Origin: a virus
Taxonomy: Duplodnaviria > Caudoviricetes
Reading direction: 5' to 3' (one strand)
IMG/VR virus record: IMGVR_UViG_2869455143_000004
Location: 21,318 to 85,317 of that record
DNA: 64,000 nucleotides
Positions 29,452 to 38,779 of this stretch are shown here, in pieces. The position numbers were made by a program, and so were the translations under genes. The notes under the pieces were generated by a model. That model saw nothing but the letters and a program-made list of their open reading frames with translations, had not been told where the DNA came from and made no database searches. Position 1 is the first letter of the stretch; each line of letters begins with the position of its first letter.

Positions 29452-30530
29452 TAATTCCGCTCGCTAAGTTCAGCCAGTATCTCGTCACGCACTGGGTCAA
29501 GTGCGAAGTAAACGCCGCGTACAATGCTTGTTTCCGGGTATTCAGGAATGAATACCAAATCATGCCAGTCGGCGGTGTAATCAGGCATGCCATGTAGACG
29601 ACCACCAATATAGTTTGCACCACCGCCTACCAGCAATAGTGCATCAATATCCAGCATGTTTCTGTGAACCTTGCGAATATCAGCGCGGATAATCTCAGCC
29701 AGTTCACTGGCGGCCTGACTGATAACGCCAGATACATCAATGCGCTTGCTGCGAGCTGCTTCCAGGCGCGAACCAATGAACCCCTGACGAATTATCGTAT
29801 CAATGCTCTCGATGTTAAGGCTCTTGGCGTTGATATTTTTCCCGCTGGTGGCCTCAAACTCCTGCAGTAGAGCATAAACGCGCTCAATCATGCGATGAAT
29901 ACCGTTCTCAGTCGTTCGACGGCTAATAACCTGCAGGTCTTTATCCACCACAGCCATGTCACAGGTGAAGCGCCCTAAATCAACGACCAGGATGCTTTCT
30001 GCTTCTAACAAATCTGGAAAGTCAGACTGGGCAGAAATCACGGCAGGAACAGCTTCAGGGAATACCTCAACATGTGCGATACGGGCTGGCTGAATATCGG
30101 CGCTGTAATTGCGAACGGGTATCAAAAGGTTGTCGGCTTTAGCCTTGGTACGGACGCGATCAATCTTACCAATGTCAGAGTAGAACTGGTTCACCGGTAG
30201 TGTTTCCGCAAGTATCACGTCAGCACCGTCAAGACCGGCACGAACAAGGGCTTCATTAACTAATACACGATGTGCTGCACTTACCTGATAGTCAGGGTCG
30301 CAGGTATCAACCAGGTCCGTCCCTTTGTTAACGACAACATAGCTGCGCTCACGACCATCATCGGTGGTTAACCATGAGGATGATGTTTCACTGGCTAACG
30401 TTTGCTGGCTACCTGAGCGAATCAGGGACGGAGTTACATAAGTCTCCATCTTGCCATCACGTTCAAAGGTCAGGGCCACATTGCCGGAGCCTGCATCCAC
30501 TGCAACAAAAACGTAGTTTTTCTTACTCAT
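29451..30530 (-). CDS. parM: Actin-like partition ATPase ParM/StbA
   Basis: VAVDAGSGN (phosphate 1), VFPEA, VVDLGRFTCD (phosphate 2) and LVGGGA motifs. Confidence 0.9.
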   Translation of the reverse strand: MSKKNYVFVAVDAGSGNVALTFERDGKMETYVTPSLIRSGSQQTLASETSSSWLTTDDGRERSYVVVNKGTDLVDTCDPDYQVSAAHRVLVNEALVRAGLDGADVILAETLPVNQFYSDIGKIDRVRTKAKADNLLIPVRNYSADIQPARIAHVEVFPEAVPAVISAQSDFPDLLEAESILVVDLGRFTCDMAVVDKDLQVISRRTTENGIHRMIERVYALLQEFEATSGKNINAKSLNIESIDTIIRQGFIGSRLEAARSKRIDVSGVISQAASELAEIIRADIRKVHRNMLDIDALLLVGGGANYIGGRLHGMPDYTADWHDLVFIPEYPETSIVRGVYFALDPVRDEILAELSERN

Positions 30531-30666
30531 ATCCTAATTCCTATTAGCTAATTTCAAAGTAATAAATCGCAATGGGAATGTACCATAAAGACTTAAAAAG
30601 TCCATATTCAAAGAACTATTTAGCAACCATATGGGCAATAAATGTGCTTATTAAAAGGACAGATAA

Positions 30667-30737
30667 TGATCAATAAGCAGGGGGAAGCCTAAGTGATCAA
30701 ATAAGTGATCAAAAAAAAGTGATCATTTGCGTGATCA
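30667..30737. other. Cluster of five TGATCA Dam sites, candidate pac element
   Basis: TGATCA at 30667, 30694, 30706, 30720 and 30732, with more at 30967 and 31119 inside pacA. P1 pac uses methylated TGATCA/G hexamers. Confidence 0.65.
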
Positions 30738-30745
30738 CTCTAAAA

Positions 30746-30762
30746 ACCAGACCGCCTATCCT
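30746..30762 (+). promoter_or_regulatory. Putative late promoter (pacAB)
   Basis: ACCAGACCGCC-TATCCT. Confidence 0.6.
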
Positions 30763-30793
30763 CGCGGCAGTGTGGTTTTTGGCGGTAGGCGTA

Positions 30794-32023
30794 ATGGCAA
30801 AGATTGACTGGGATTGGCACAGGGAAAATTATAAAAAACATAAACTTGAGTCAGGCGTGACTTACAAGGAGTATGCCGAATTCCATTCCTTAAACCCGAA
30901 TACCGCACGTCGCGAACTGAGCAAAAAGACGGATGAAGAGGGGCTGGCGCCCACGCTGTCGGCGCGTGATCAGGCAGATGATCTAACCATCAGAAGGAAG
31001 GGAAGAAAACTCAAGCACAGCAGTGCCTTAGAGGAAATTACAGGAGAGAGTGAACCCGGCGAAACACGCGCAGGCACGAAAAATAAAAAAAATAATTCCA
31101 AAGGCACACGCGCCAAAATGATCAAACCAGTGCATGAGGGGGAAGTGATCCCACATGTACCGAAACAACGAGGTAAGGGTAAGCAATTCGAAACCGGTAA
31201 TGAGGTGAATGTTGTCGCGAATACCAGAGGGAAGCCCCGCGAGGTTGATCGTGATGCTGCTGTCTCATTGTTGGAAGCTGGCCTGGAAGAATGCGAGGCG
31301 TCCACAGTTAAAACAGCCGTCGAGCATATGCAACTGTTGTCGCGAACCACCGCCAGGGCGGTAGAGCTATTCGAAACAGAAATAGCCAACATGAATACCC
31401 CACGAGAAAAGGGTGACAAGGAGGGCGATGACGATGCACCGTCCGGGCCACACCCGCTGTTAAAGCTGACAAAACTCCTGATTGAAGTCGGCTACAGGAT
31501 GGATGACCACGCTACCCGTATCAGTTCTATCCGTTCCTCACGAGAAAAGCTCAAGATTGACCGTGAAAAGCTGGGCGCAAAAGCGACCGAGGCACAGGTT
31601 ATTGCCACCGCCTACCAGCTGCGTGATGAAAACGACTGGGATATAGCAGAAACCGCTGAGTATATCGAGCGTCACGGGGTAAAACTGCCGGACTCCATTG
31701 CCTTGAGGCTGGCTAAGGAGATCAAGGAAGCAGAACCGCCAGTAAGTGACGCCGGTGCTGTTGATGATGACCAGCTGGAAGAAGAGGCCCGTAAATATCG
31801 CGAAGCGCAGGCCGGTAAAGAAGCCTTCCTGAAAGAGCGCCGGGAAACCGTCGCCAGGATTGTAGACGAGGGCGGGTATGGCGATACGAACCATGACGGC
31901 ATCCGGCGCGAAGGGGAGTTAGACCCGGATGAAGAGGGGTTAGATCTCGATTACGAGGCGACCCGCGAGTTATACGGCGAAGGCGATGAAATCGCGATAG
32001 CGCCCCCGGATGAGGACGAATAA
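30794..32023 (+). CDS. pacA: Terminase small subunit PacA
   Basis: Probable start MAKIDWDWH; N-terminal HTH (YKEYAEFHSLNPNTARR); acidic tail; coupled to pacB. Confidence 0.85.
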   Translation: MAKIDWDWHRENYKKHKLESGVTYKEYAEFHSLNPNTARRELSKKTDEEGLAPTLSARDQADDLTIRRKGRKLKHSSALEEITGESEPGETRAGTKNKKNNSKGTRAKMIKPVHEGEVIPHVPKQRGKGKQFETGNEVNVVANTRGKPREVDRDAAVSLLEAGLEECEASTVKTAVEHMQLLSRTTARAVELFETEIANMNTPREKGDKEGDDDAPSGPHPLLKLTKLLIEVGYRMDDHATRISSIRSSREKLKIDREKLGAKATEAQVIATAYQLRDENDWDIAETAEYIERHGVKLPDSIALRLAKEIKEAEPPVSDAGAVDDDQLEEEARKYREAQAGKEAFLKERRETVARIVDEGGYGDTNHDGIRREGELDPDEEGLDLDYEATRELYGEGDEIAIAPPDEDE

Positions 32024-33534
32024 TGGCATCCGGGAAGAAGAAAATAAAATGCGTAACCTCTGATCCGCGCTGGCGTGACATGGCTATCCGCTATCGTCAT
32101 GACTGGGGATTAGCGGTCGTTGAATTGTTCGGAATGCAACCGAGCTGGCAGCAGGATGAAATACTGCAGTCGGTTCAGCAGATAAAGAGCATGACGACCG
32201 TTACATCGGGGCATGGTACCGGTAAGTCATCCCTGACAGCTATGATGCTGATGATTTACATGATTCTGTACCCGGATGCGCGCGTCGTTATCATCGCGAA
32301 CAAAATTGCGCAGGTAAAATCTGGCGTCTTCAAGTACGTAAAAACCTTTTGGGCCAACGCCGTAAAACGTCACCCGTGGCTGCAGAACCACTTTGTTTTA
32401 ACCGACACCATGTTTTATGAAAGAAGCCGGAAAGGTGTGTGGGAAGTTCTCTGTAAAGGCTATCGCCTGGGTAATGAGGAAGGGCTGGCAGGGGAGCACT
32501 CCAAACACTTACTGATAATTCTGGATGAAGCGTCCGGTATCTCTGATAAGGCTATCGGCATCCTTACCGGCGCGCTGACGGAAGCTGATAACCGCATGCT
32601 CATGCTTTCCCAGCCGACGCGCCCGTCTGGTTACTTCTACGACTCTCATCACAGCCTGGCGAAGACTGAACATAACCCTAAAGGGATCTGGACGTCGATT
32701 GTCCTCAACTCTGAAGAATCACCGTTTGTAACTGACGACTTTATTGTCATGAAGCTGGCGGAATATGGCGGTCGTGACAGCATGGAGTACAAAATCAAGG
32801 TACTGGGCCAGTTCCCGTCCGTGATTGATGGCTTCCTGTTGGGCCGCGATGCCTGTGAGCGCGCCCAGCGTCGTAAAGTGTACCTTGAGAAAAACTGGGG
32901 CTGGGTGGCGCTTGCTGACGTCGGGAACGGTCGAGACAAATCCGTCCTGAACATTATGAAGGTAAGCGGCTATCGTGAGAAACGTCGGTTCGTTCCGTTC
33001 GTTGTGCTTGAAATGCCGGGTACCATGAACCCTACAGAGTTCGGTGACTTTATTGCGAACGAATGTACTCAGGAGCGGTTCCCCAATATCACTATAGGCG
33101 TGGATAGTGACGGCGTAGGCTCAGCTACCGCCGACCAGCTGGAGCGCAGGGGAGTTAACGTCGTCCGTATCCGCTGGGGTAAGCCTATGTTCGCCAAAAC
33201 AGATAAGGACCGATTTGTAAGCCAGAGAGCCTATGCCAACATAGCAGCTCGTGACGCCATACAGACAGGCCGGATGAGGCTGGATTCGTCGCCTAAAACA
33301 GCAGAACAGGCCTCTAAAATACCCTGGAAGATAAACGAGGATGGGCGTGTTGCGATGATGAAAAAGGACTACATGCGGCAGAAGATGAATATCAAGTCAC
33401 CTGACCGTTGGGATACGTACTGTTTTTCAACGCTGATATCGTATCGCCCTGCTAATGATGACCTGGGTGGAGACATGGAAGAAACCCGCGCAGATGCACT
33501 GGCAGAACTGTCGAAATATGATGATGTGATTTAA
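32023..33534 (+). CDS. pacB: Terminase large subunit PacB
   Basis: Walker A SGHGTGKS, Walker B IILDEA, RNase H-like nuclease domain with ADVG, VDSDG and SPDRWD. Confidence 0.95.
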   Translation: MASGKKKIKCVTSDPRWRDMAIRYRHDWGLAVVELFGMQPSWQQDEILQSVQQIKSMTTVTSGHGTGKSSLTAMMLMIYMILYPDARVVIIANKIAQVKSGVFKYVKTFWANAVKRHPWLQNHFVLTDTMFYERSRKGVWEVLCKGYRLGNEEGLAGEHSKHLLIILDEASGISDKAIGILTGALTEADNRMLMLSQPTRPSGYFYDSHHSLAKTEHNPKGIWTSIVLNSEESPFVTDDFIVMKLAEYGGRDSMEYKIKVLGQFPSVIDGFLLGRDACERAQRRKVYLEKNWGWVALADVGNGRDKSVLNIMKVSGYREKRRFVPFVVLEMPGTMNPTEFGDFIANECTQERFPNITIGVDSDGVGSATADQLERRGVNVVRIRWGKPMFAKTDKDRFVSQRAYANIAARDAIQTGRMRLDSSPKTAEQASKIPWKINEDGRVAMMKKDYMRQKMNIKSPDRWDTYCFSTLISYRPANDDLGGDMEETRADALAELSKYDDVI

Positions 33535-33562
33535 GGAGGGGGCTGGTGGCCCCCTGCCAATT

Positions 33563-34597
33563 TCAATCTTTCTTAATCAGAATGTTAAAATTCTTACCGC
33601 GTCGGCTGCGTGTATCTCCAAACATGGAACGCAGCTCTGAGATAGAAAGAATATTGTTATTATCGGTCGCAAATTTTCGCTCAAGTAATTTCCGATCCTC
33701 TTCTGTAAGCAATTCGAGCTTACGCCTACCCGCCTCTATTGAGCGGTTAGCTTTTTCTATTTCAGCCTCTGTTTTAGCCTTTGCCAGCTTAGTTTTAGCC
33801 CGTCTTTCAAAGTGGGTAATACGGCTTAAAATTGATTGCTCAACGATAGTTTTTTGCGCAGCCTTAGCCTCTGCAATCTCTATTTGATCAATGCCGTAAA
33901 TATCCCCAACCGTAAATATTGAGCATTTCAATGGTTTTATAAGACTATACTTATTGAAATATTCTGTTTTAGGCTCTGTTGATATTTTTATGTCGTCCTT
34001 TGTCCATTGCGGGTGATAAATCATGACGCCATGAGTCCCGCAACGTGCGCGCGTACTCTCGTTTTCACCTTTAAAAACAACATCTAAGACAGTATCCTGA
34101 TACCCACTAACACGGTGTCGGAACTTGTGTCCTTCGGGGTATGCTTCAAATGTTTCCATTTCCTCAGTGAGCGCTTTAACGGCTTCATTTGTATGAGGAA
34201 ACTTTCTAAGTTTCTTTATTTGCTTTTCATATCTATTAAGCAAATCCTCGCGTGTATGAGTGCATGTTGTTGCAGCATTAAAAAAACCAATAGCTACGGA
34301 CACTGGTTCAATTATTAACATTGGAACCGGTGAATATATAGCTGTCGATATGGCTATGCTTTTGTTTTTCTTCATCTCAGTAGCAAGTTCAGCAAACTTT
34401 TTCCACCGAATTTGTAAATCAACAGCTTTATTAAAAATAGCCTCATCGTTTGAAAATGCGATAGGACGAATCTTCTCGTCTTTGGCATTTCTGCTGTGAC
34501 AGATGGCGAGTGAATCAACCAGTTGCATCCAGTCTTTTTTGGTCTGCAAAAACAACTTGTACTGCTGCTCAAACATCACGTCATTAAACGCTGGCAT
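33563..34597 (-). CDS. c1: Lytic repressor C1 homologue
   Basis: AIYSPVPML, YPEGHKFRHRVSGYQDTVLDV and FNKYSLIKPLKC align with P1 C1 (ILYPVPNI, YPEDEKFRMRVHGFSETMLRV, FSLYDSIEPIIC). Convergent with pacB as in P1. Confidence 0.88.
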   Translation of the reverse strand: MPAFNDVMFEQQYKLFLQTKKDWMQLVDSLAICHSRNAKDEKIRPIAFSNDEAIFNKAVDLQIRWKKFAELATEMKKNKSIAISTAIYSPVPMLIIEPVSVAIGFFNAATTCTHTREDLLNRYEKQIKKLRKFPHTNEAVKALTEEMETFEAYPEGHKFRHRVSGYQDTVLDVVFKGENESTRARCGTHGVMIYHPQWTKDDIKISTEPKTEYFNKYSLIKPLKCSIFTVGDIYGIDQIEIAEAKAAQKTIVEQSILSRITHFERRAKTKLAKAKTEAEIEKANRSIEAGRRKLELLTEEDRKLLERKFATDNNNILSISELRSMFGDTRSRRGKNFNILIKKD

Positions 34598-34680
34598 TGT
34601 GTGATTGTCCTTTTGGTTGTACTAACACGTTCTTACCCACTTGCTACCCACATTGAAAGTAATCAACGAACACGATAAAG

Positions 34681-34691
34681 CCTTAGAAAGA
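34681..34691. promoter_or_regulatory. Putative C1 operator (c1 autoregulation)
   Basis: CCTTAGAAAGA upstream of c1; a variant ATTCTAAGC lies at 34903. Confidence 0.55.
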
Positions 34692-34944
34692 CAGCGATCT
34701 CAATAAAGCCATGCTTCCAGCACCTTATGTGTCACGTCGTCTGGCAGGTGATCACGCAAAATGATCACCAATCTGAGGTAACGACGACCAGGTAACACAA
34801 TGACCGACCTGAATCCCATCGCCCTCATCCTGAGTTAGCTCATTCATGTGGCCTGTCATGGGTACATACTAAAGCAAACCTTTCCCTTTATATATACTTT
34901 TGATTCTAAGCTCACTCACGTTTGAGCCAAAATAGGCAAAAAAA

Positions 34945-34976
34945 TAACTATAGATAATGGGGGTTATATAAAGTTA
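34945..34976. other. lox/rox-like recombination site
   Basis: TAACTATAGATAAT-GGGG-GTTATATAAAGTTA, a 32-bp imperfect inverted repeat between c1 and the recombinase gene. Confidence 0.85.
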
Positions 34977-35153
34977 CGTGCTATGATCAGTTTAACGGGT
35001 TATCTTGGTGATCATTTTAGAGGCCTGTGAAAGATTGGGACCATTGGCGTTGCTGGTGGCCTTATTTTTTACGTAGCACGTCGTTTCTTAGAAAGTATGT
35101 ATTTTGCATGAGGCCGTTTCACACGGTTCTCACGTTATCAAGGAGGTCATAAC

Positions 35154-36179
35154 TTGAACTATCCGAATATTATCGACATGAATTCGAGTTTTCCCGAGCT
35201 TACGGGGATCACTCCAGAGGAAGTTGCACAGAATCTACGCAAATTCATGGCGGATAAAGAGGCATATTCTGAAAATACGTTCAAAAAACTAACATCGGTT
35301 GTCCGGGCGTGGGCTGTGTGGTGCCAGAAAAATCAGATCGCGCCGCTGCCGATTATGCCCGATTGCGCCAGAGCTTATTTTCTGGAACTACATGAAGCCG
35401 GTGTTGCATCCACCAGCATCACCAATCATTTTGCGATGCTTAACATGTTGGCCCGAATTTGTGGGCTTCCCGATCTAAAAAACAGTACAGAAGTGCAGCT
35501 GGCGATGAAGAAAATTCGCCGCCAGTCCGTTCTTGGCGGAGAGAAAACCGGACAGGCCGTCCCGTTCCGGCTCGCCGACCTGCAGTTAGCCAGTCATATT
35601 TTGTCCCAGTCCGACCGGCTTGCCGATTTGCGAAACCTCGCTTTTCTGTATGTAGCCTATAACTCGCTTCTTCGAATACAGGAAATCGCCCGAATCCGGG
35701 TAAAAGACTTATCCGTTAACGATGAGCGGATAATCATGGACATTTCTCACACAAAAACAGTCGTGACCGCCGCAGGTGTCATCAAGCATCTGAGTGTTCC
35801 AGCCAGTAACATGTTGAAAAAATGGCTAAATACTTCAGAGCTGATCAGCCATCCCGACGCGGTTGTGTTTTGTCGTGTATTTAAAAATGATCGGGTACAG
35901 ATATCAGAAACGCCGATGACGACGCCTTCACTGGAAAAAATATTCCAGGATACCTGGCGGCTGCTGGGCAGACCATCGCAAACTACCAACAAAGGCAGGT
36001 ATGAAATGTGGTCTGGACATAGCGCCCGGGTCGGAGCTGCACAAGATATGGCTGAGCGCGGTGTGAGTATGGCGCAGATAATGCACGAAGGAACATGGTC
36101 AAAACCAGAGACAGTAATGCGCTATTTACGACGCCTGAAGAACGAAAACAGCGCCATGAGTGACATCATGGAAAGGTAG
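35154..36179 (+). CDS. cre: Tyrosine recombinase, Cre family, closest in motif to Dre
   Basis: TTG start after AGGAGG. Catalytic set intact: LLRIQE, SHTKT, GHSARVG, EGTW, MRYLRR. Confidence 0.93.
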   Translation: MNYPNIIDMNSSFPELTGITPEEVAQNLRKFMADKEAYSENTFKKLTSVVRAWAVWCQKNQIAPLPIMPDCARAYFLELHEAGVASTSITNHFAMLNMLARICGLPDLKNSTEVQLAMKKIRRQSVLGGEKTGQAVPFRLADLQLASHILSQSDRLADLRNLAFLYVAYNSLLRIQEIARIRVKDLSVNDERIIMDISHTKTVVTAAGVIKHLSVPASNMLKKWLNTSELISHPDAVVFCRVFKNDRVQISETPMTTPSLEKIFQDTWRLLGRPSQTTNKGRYEMWSGHSARVGAAQDMAERGVSMAQIMHEGTWSKPETVMRYLRRLKNENSAMSDIMER

Positions 36180-36186
36180 ATACATA

Positions 36187-36197
36187 TTATTCTAAGG
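36187..36197. promoter_or_regulatory. Putative C1 operator
   Basis: TTATTCTAAGG. Confidence 0.62.
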
Positions 36198-36260
36198 CTT
36201 TTATTTGTTGTAACGTGACTGTTATTAGGACAAAATCGGACACACGCCAAAGGAGGTGTT

Positions 36261-36581
36261 ATGTCGGATCTTGTCCTGCTTCACAGACACTTTGTCATTG
36301 ACCATTGCAAGGTTAGTTTTACTGCAGGCATCAAACATGGTCGTGCCGTGGTAGTTTTTGGCATTGCCACCCAATCCGAAGTAACCCCCCTCCTGACGCT
36401 TGAAAAAGAGTACCCGGACCGTAACGCCGCTTGCCAGTACGTACAGCGAGTGACCGAAACGGCAGCGCGCAAGTTGCTGGTTTACTACCAGAACGAGCAC
36501 CAGCCATTAGTTGACCGCATCAATAACGTGTTTTCCGGGCCAATCCGACTGGAATATTCCAGTCGCCACAAACCAGCGTAA
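36261..36581 (+). CDS. Hypothetical protein
   Basis: Strong RBS (AAGGAGG), 106 aa, downstream of an operator. Confidence 0.65.
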   Translation: MSDLVLLHRHFVIDHCKVSFTAGIKHGRAVVVFGIATQSEVTPLLTLEKEYPDRNAACQYVQRVTETAARKLLVYYQNEHQPLVDRINNVFSGPIRLEYSSRHKPA

Positions 36582-36590
36582 GAGAAGCGA

Positions 36591-37043
36591 ATGTCCGTAT
36601 CGTCAAACGTTGTGCGCCTGTTCGTCGCCGTTGCAAGCGCCCATGACATAAATGATCCAGTCGGCAACTTCAGCAACGGGTCTTATGTGGACTCATACAG
36701 TGGATATTACTTCGGTCCTGACATTTTCCAGCATCCCAAGACATTAGCCACTCTGGTTAAGAACGGGGTGATCGAGTTTTGCCGCGACCAGGAGCATGGA
36801 GAAGTGATCCGTTTCGACGACCGGCGCGACGTTCTTGACGAGTTCCAGCGCGGGATAATTGACGCGGAGGCCGGTAATCCTGATGACGCGGAGGACTCCA
36901 CCAGCCCTTACGCCTACCTTGCCGGTAGAAAGTTCTTCAATCAGCGCCAGCGCTACGGGGGAATGGCGTACAGAGAGGACCAGGGACGTGTCTGTCATGG
37001 AATGGTGTGTGCTGACACCGGGGAACGATGGGAACAAGGGTGA
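36591..37043 (+). CDS. Hypothetical protein
   Basis: 150 aa ORF in the same operon, followed by a terminator at about 37051-37081. Confidence 0.6.
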   Translation: MSVSSNVVRLFVAVASAHDINDPVGNFSNGSYVDSYSGYYFGPDIFQHPKTLATLVKNGVIEFCRDQEHGEVIRFDDRRDVLDEFQRGIIDAEAGNPDDAEDSTSPYAYLAGRKFFNQRQRYGGMAYREDQGRVCHGMVCADTGERWEQG

Positions 37044-37125
37044 TAGACAGAAAAAAGGGGGCCATTACAGCCCCCCTTCTTCATTGCGATTTAGCCTTTG
37101 AAAAAGCCACTGACAGGATAGCAAA

Positions 37126-37608
37126 TTGAACAACGCCTTCCCACAATTACAGATCTTTTCTTCTCCATACCCGGACGTTGCCGCCGCCATTATCGCGATC
37201 TATTGCGGTGAAAAGCGCGGCCTGACGCTTTCCCGCCGGGATTTTACCGCCCTTCTACCTGGCGTCAGCACCGATCACATTCGCAAAACGCTACGTGACT
37301 TTCTTGAAAACAAGACGCTGGCCCGGAGCGGATGCCGGTACCGGCTCGCGGTTACTCCCGCCAGAATTATTGGCATGAAGCCGTACCGCCTTTATCGCGT
37401 GGATTTACAGATTCTGCGACTCATTCAGTCAAGAGGCGTCATTACGGCAAGCGACATGCTGCGGGTAAACGGCGTGTCACGAACGATATTTCTGAGATCT
37501 GCCGCAAGGCTGAAAAAGCTGGGACTGATTGAGTCCTATCAAGACAAACCACTCCCGGCAGCATGCCGGTACTACAAATTTAAAACACAGGAAAATATCC
37601 ATGAGTAA
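37126..37608 (+). CDS. Tandem winged-HTH protein (possibly Mat-like)
   Basis: Two HTH-like segments (GVSTDHIRKTLRDF; GVSRTIFLRSAARLKKLGLIE). Confidence 0.55.
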   Translation: MNNAFPQLQIFSSPYPDVAAAIIAIYCGEKRGLTLSRRDFTALLPGVSTDHIRKTLRDFLENKTLARSGCRYRLAVTPARIIGMKPYRLYRVDLQILRLIQSRGVITASDMLRVNGVSRTIFLRSAARLKKLGLIESYQDKPLPAACRYYKFKTQENIHE

Positions 37609-38071
37609 ATTACAGATTTGCAAGATTGATGAAGGCGCAACGGTACCAATGCTGGCTGGTGGCTCTACTTTCCCTATTGAGGCTACAGACATTCGTTTTG
37701 AGGCCGTCATCCGCAATGCCGGTAATCACGCAAAGGCGTACTGGCTGAAAACAGGGCTGGCGTTTAACGTCCCTGAAGGCCACGTGCTGAAGGTTTACTC
37801 TGCACCTGATATCGCAAGAGCTAACCATGCCAGACTTGCCGAATGCGTAGCGCTGGTGGAGCCTGGCGACCATTCAGAGCTTATTCTGCGTATGGTGATC
37901 GACGATGGCGGTAAATCATTTGAGCCTAAAGCGGGGATGATTGTCGCCCGTGCAATGCTGGAAAAGATTGTCTGCCCGGAGCTGGAAGAAGTAGACAGCT
38001 TTGATGTGCCGAAATCAGCTAAAAGCACCAGTCAACCCAAAGGGGATGTAACCGCAAAGGCTGGTAAATAA
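37601..38071 (+). CDS. dUTPase-fold protein with degenerate catalytic motifs
   Basis: KTGLAFNVPEGH strand pattern of trimeric dUTPases; motifs I-V altered or absent. Confidence 0.7.
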   Translation: MSKLQICKIDEGATVPMLAGGSTFPIEATDIRFEAVIRNAGNHAKAYWLKTGLAFNVPEGHVLKVYSAPDIARANHARLAECVALVEPGDHSELILRMVIDDGGKSFEPKAGMIVARAMLEKIVCPELEEVDSFDVPKSAKSTSQPKGDVTAKAGK

Positions 38072-38072
38072 C

Positions 38073-38747
38073 ATGGAATACATCATCGGCAAAGGGGTGA
38101 GTGTCTTCACCCTCGATGGCAACGAAATCGACCAGAACAATATTGATCTGGCCTTGTTTACCCTTACCGGCTTCACCCCCATTAATACCAATGGCGTTAC
38201 GGTATGGGAGCGCGGTAGCGAGCGCTACTGGACGCCACCAGACACGCAGATAGAGGACGCGGATAGCATTTCTGAACATCTGAATGCGAAGGTAATGGTA
38301 CCGTCACAGGATGCCAGTTTCGCGCAACGGCTATTGCGCCTGGTGCCGATGGTAGTCAATCCGATCGTGTTTATTGAAGGTCGTTTAGTTGGTGGCTGGC
38401 AGGTCGAGAATAACCCGGAGCCGAGCACCGGCGACATTATGACAAACGGTCATCAATCCCATTCTTACCAGGACACCGTTTTACCCATGGCTATTGCAAT
38501 GGTGTTTCTGCAGGTACAGGGGCTGGGCCAACAAGCCTGGGTCTATATTGGGGAGCACGATGCCGCGCAGCCGGAGCTACATTACGTGGTCCCTCACCCG
38601 CGTACCCTGGCATTGTTGGAAAGCACACCTGCATTCATCCGCGCGCCGGAGCTTGATAAGTTCGCGGTAGTCGGTCCGTCGCCAGACTTGATACAAGAAG
38701 CGTTTACGACCGCTAAGCTAAAGCAGGCCGCGCTCGTTCCTGAGTAA
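38073..38747 (+). CDS. Hypothetical protein
   Basis: 224 aa ORF coupled to the dUTPase-like gene; terminator at about 38756-38779. Confidence 0.65.
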   Translation: MEYIIGKGVSVFTLDGNEIDQNNIDLALFTLTGFTPINTNGVTVWERGSERYWTPPDTQIEDADSISEHLNAKVMVPSQDASFAQRLLRLVPMVVNPIVFIEGRLVGGWQVENNPEPSTGDIMTNGHQSHSYQDTVLPMAIAMVFLQVQGLGQQAWVYIGEHDAAQPELHYVVPHPRTLALLESTPAFIRAPELDKFAVVGPSPDLIQEAFTTAKLKQAALVPE

Positions 38748-38779
38748 TCACCGACCGGCCCCCACCAGGGGGCTGTTAT

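Noticed and set aside
34700-34860. Short minus-strand ORFs (35 and 42 aa) as a coi anti-repressor
   Set aside because: No convincing RBS or similarity to Coi could be seen.
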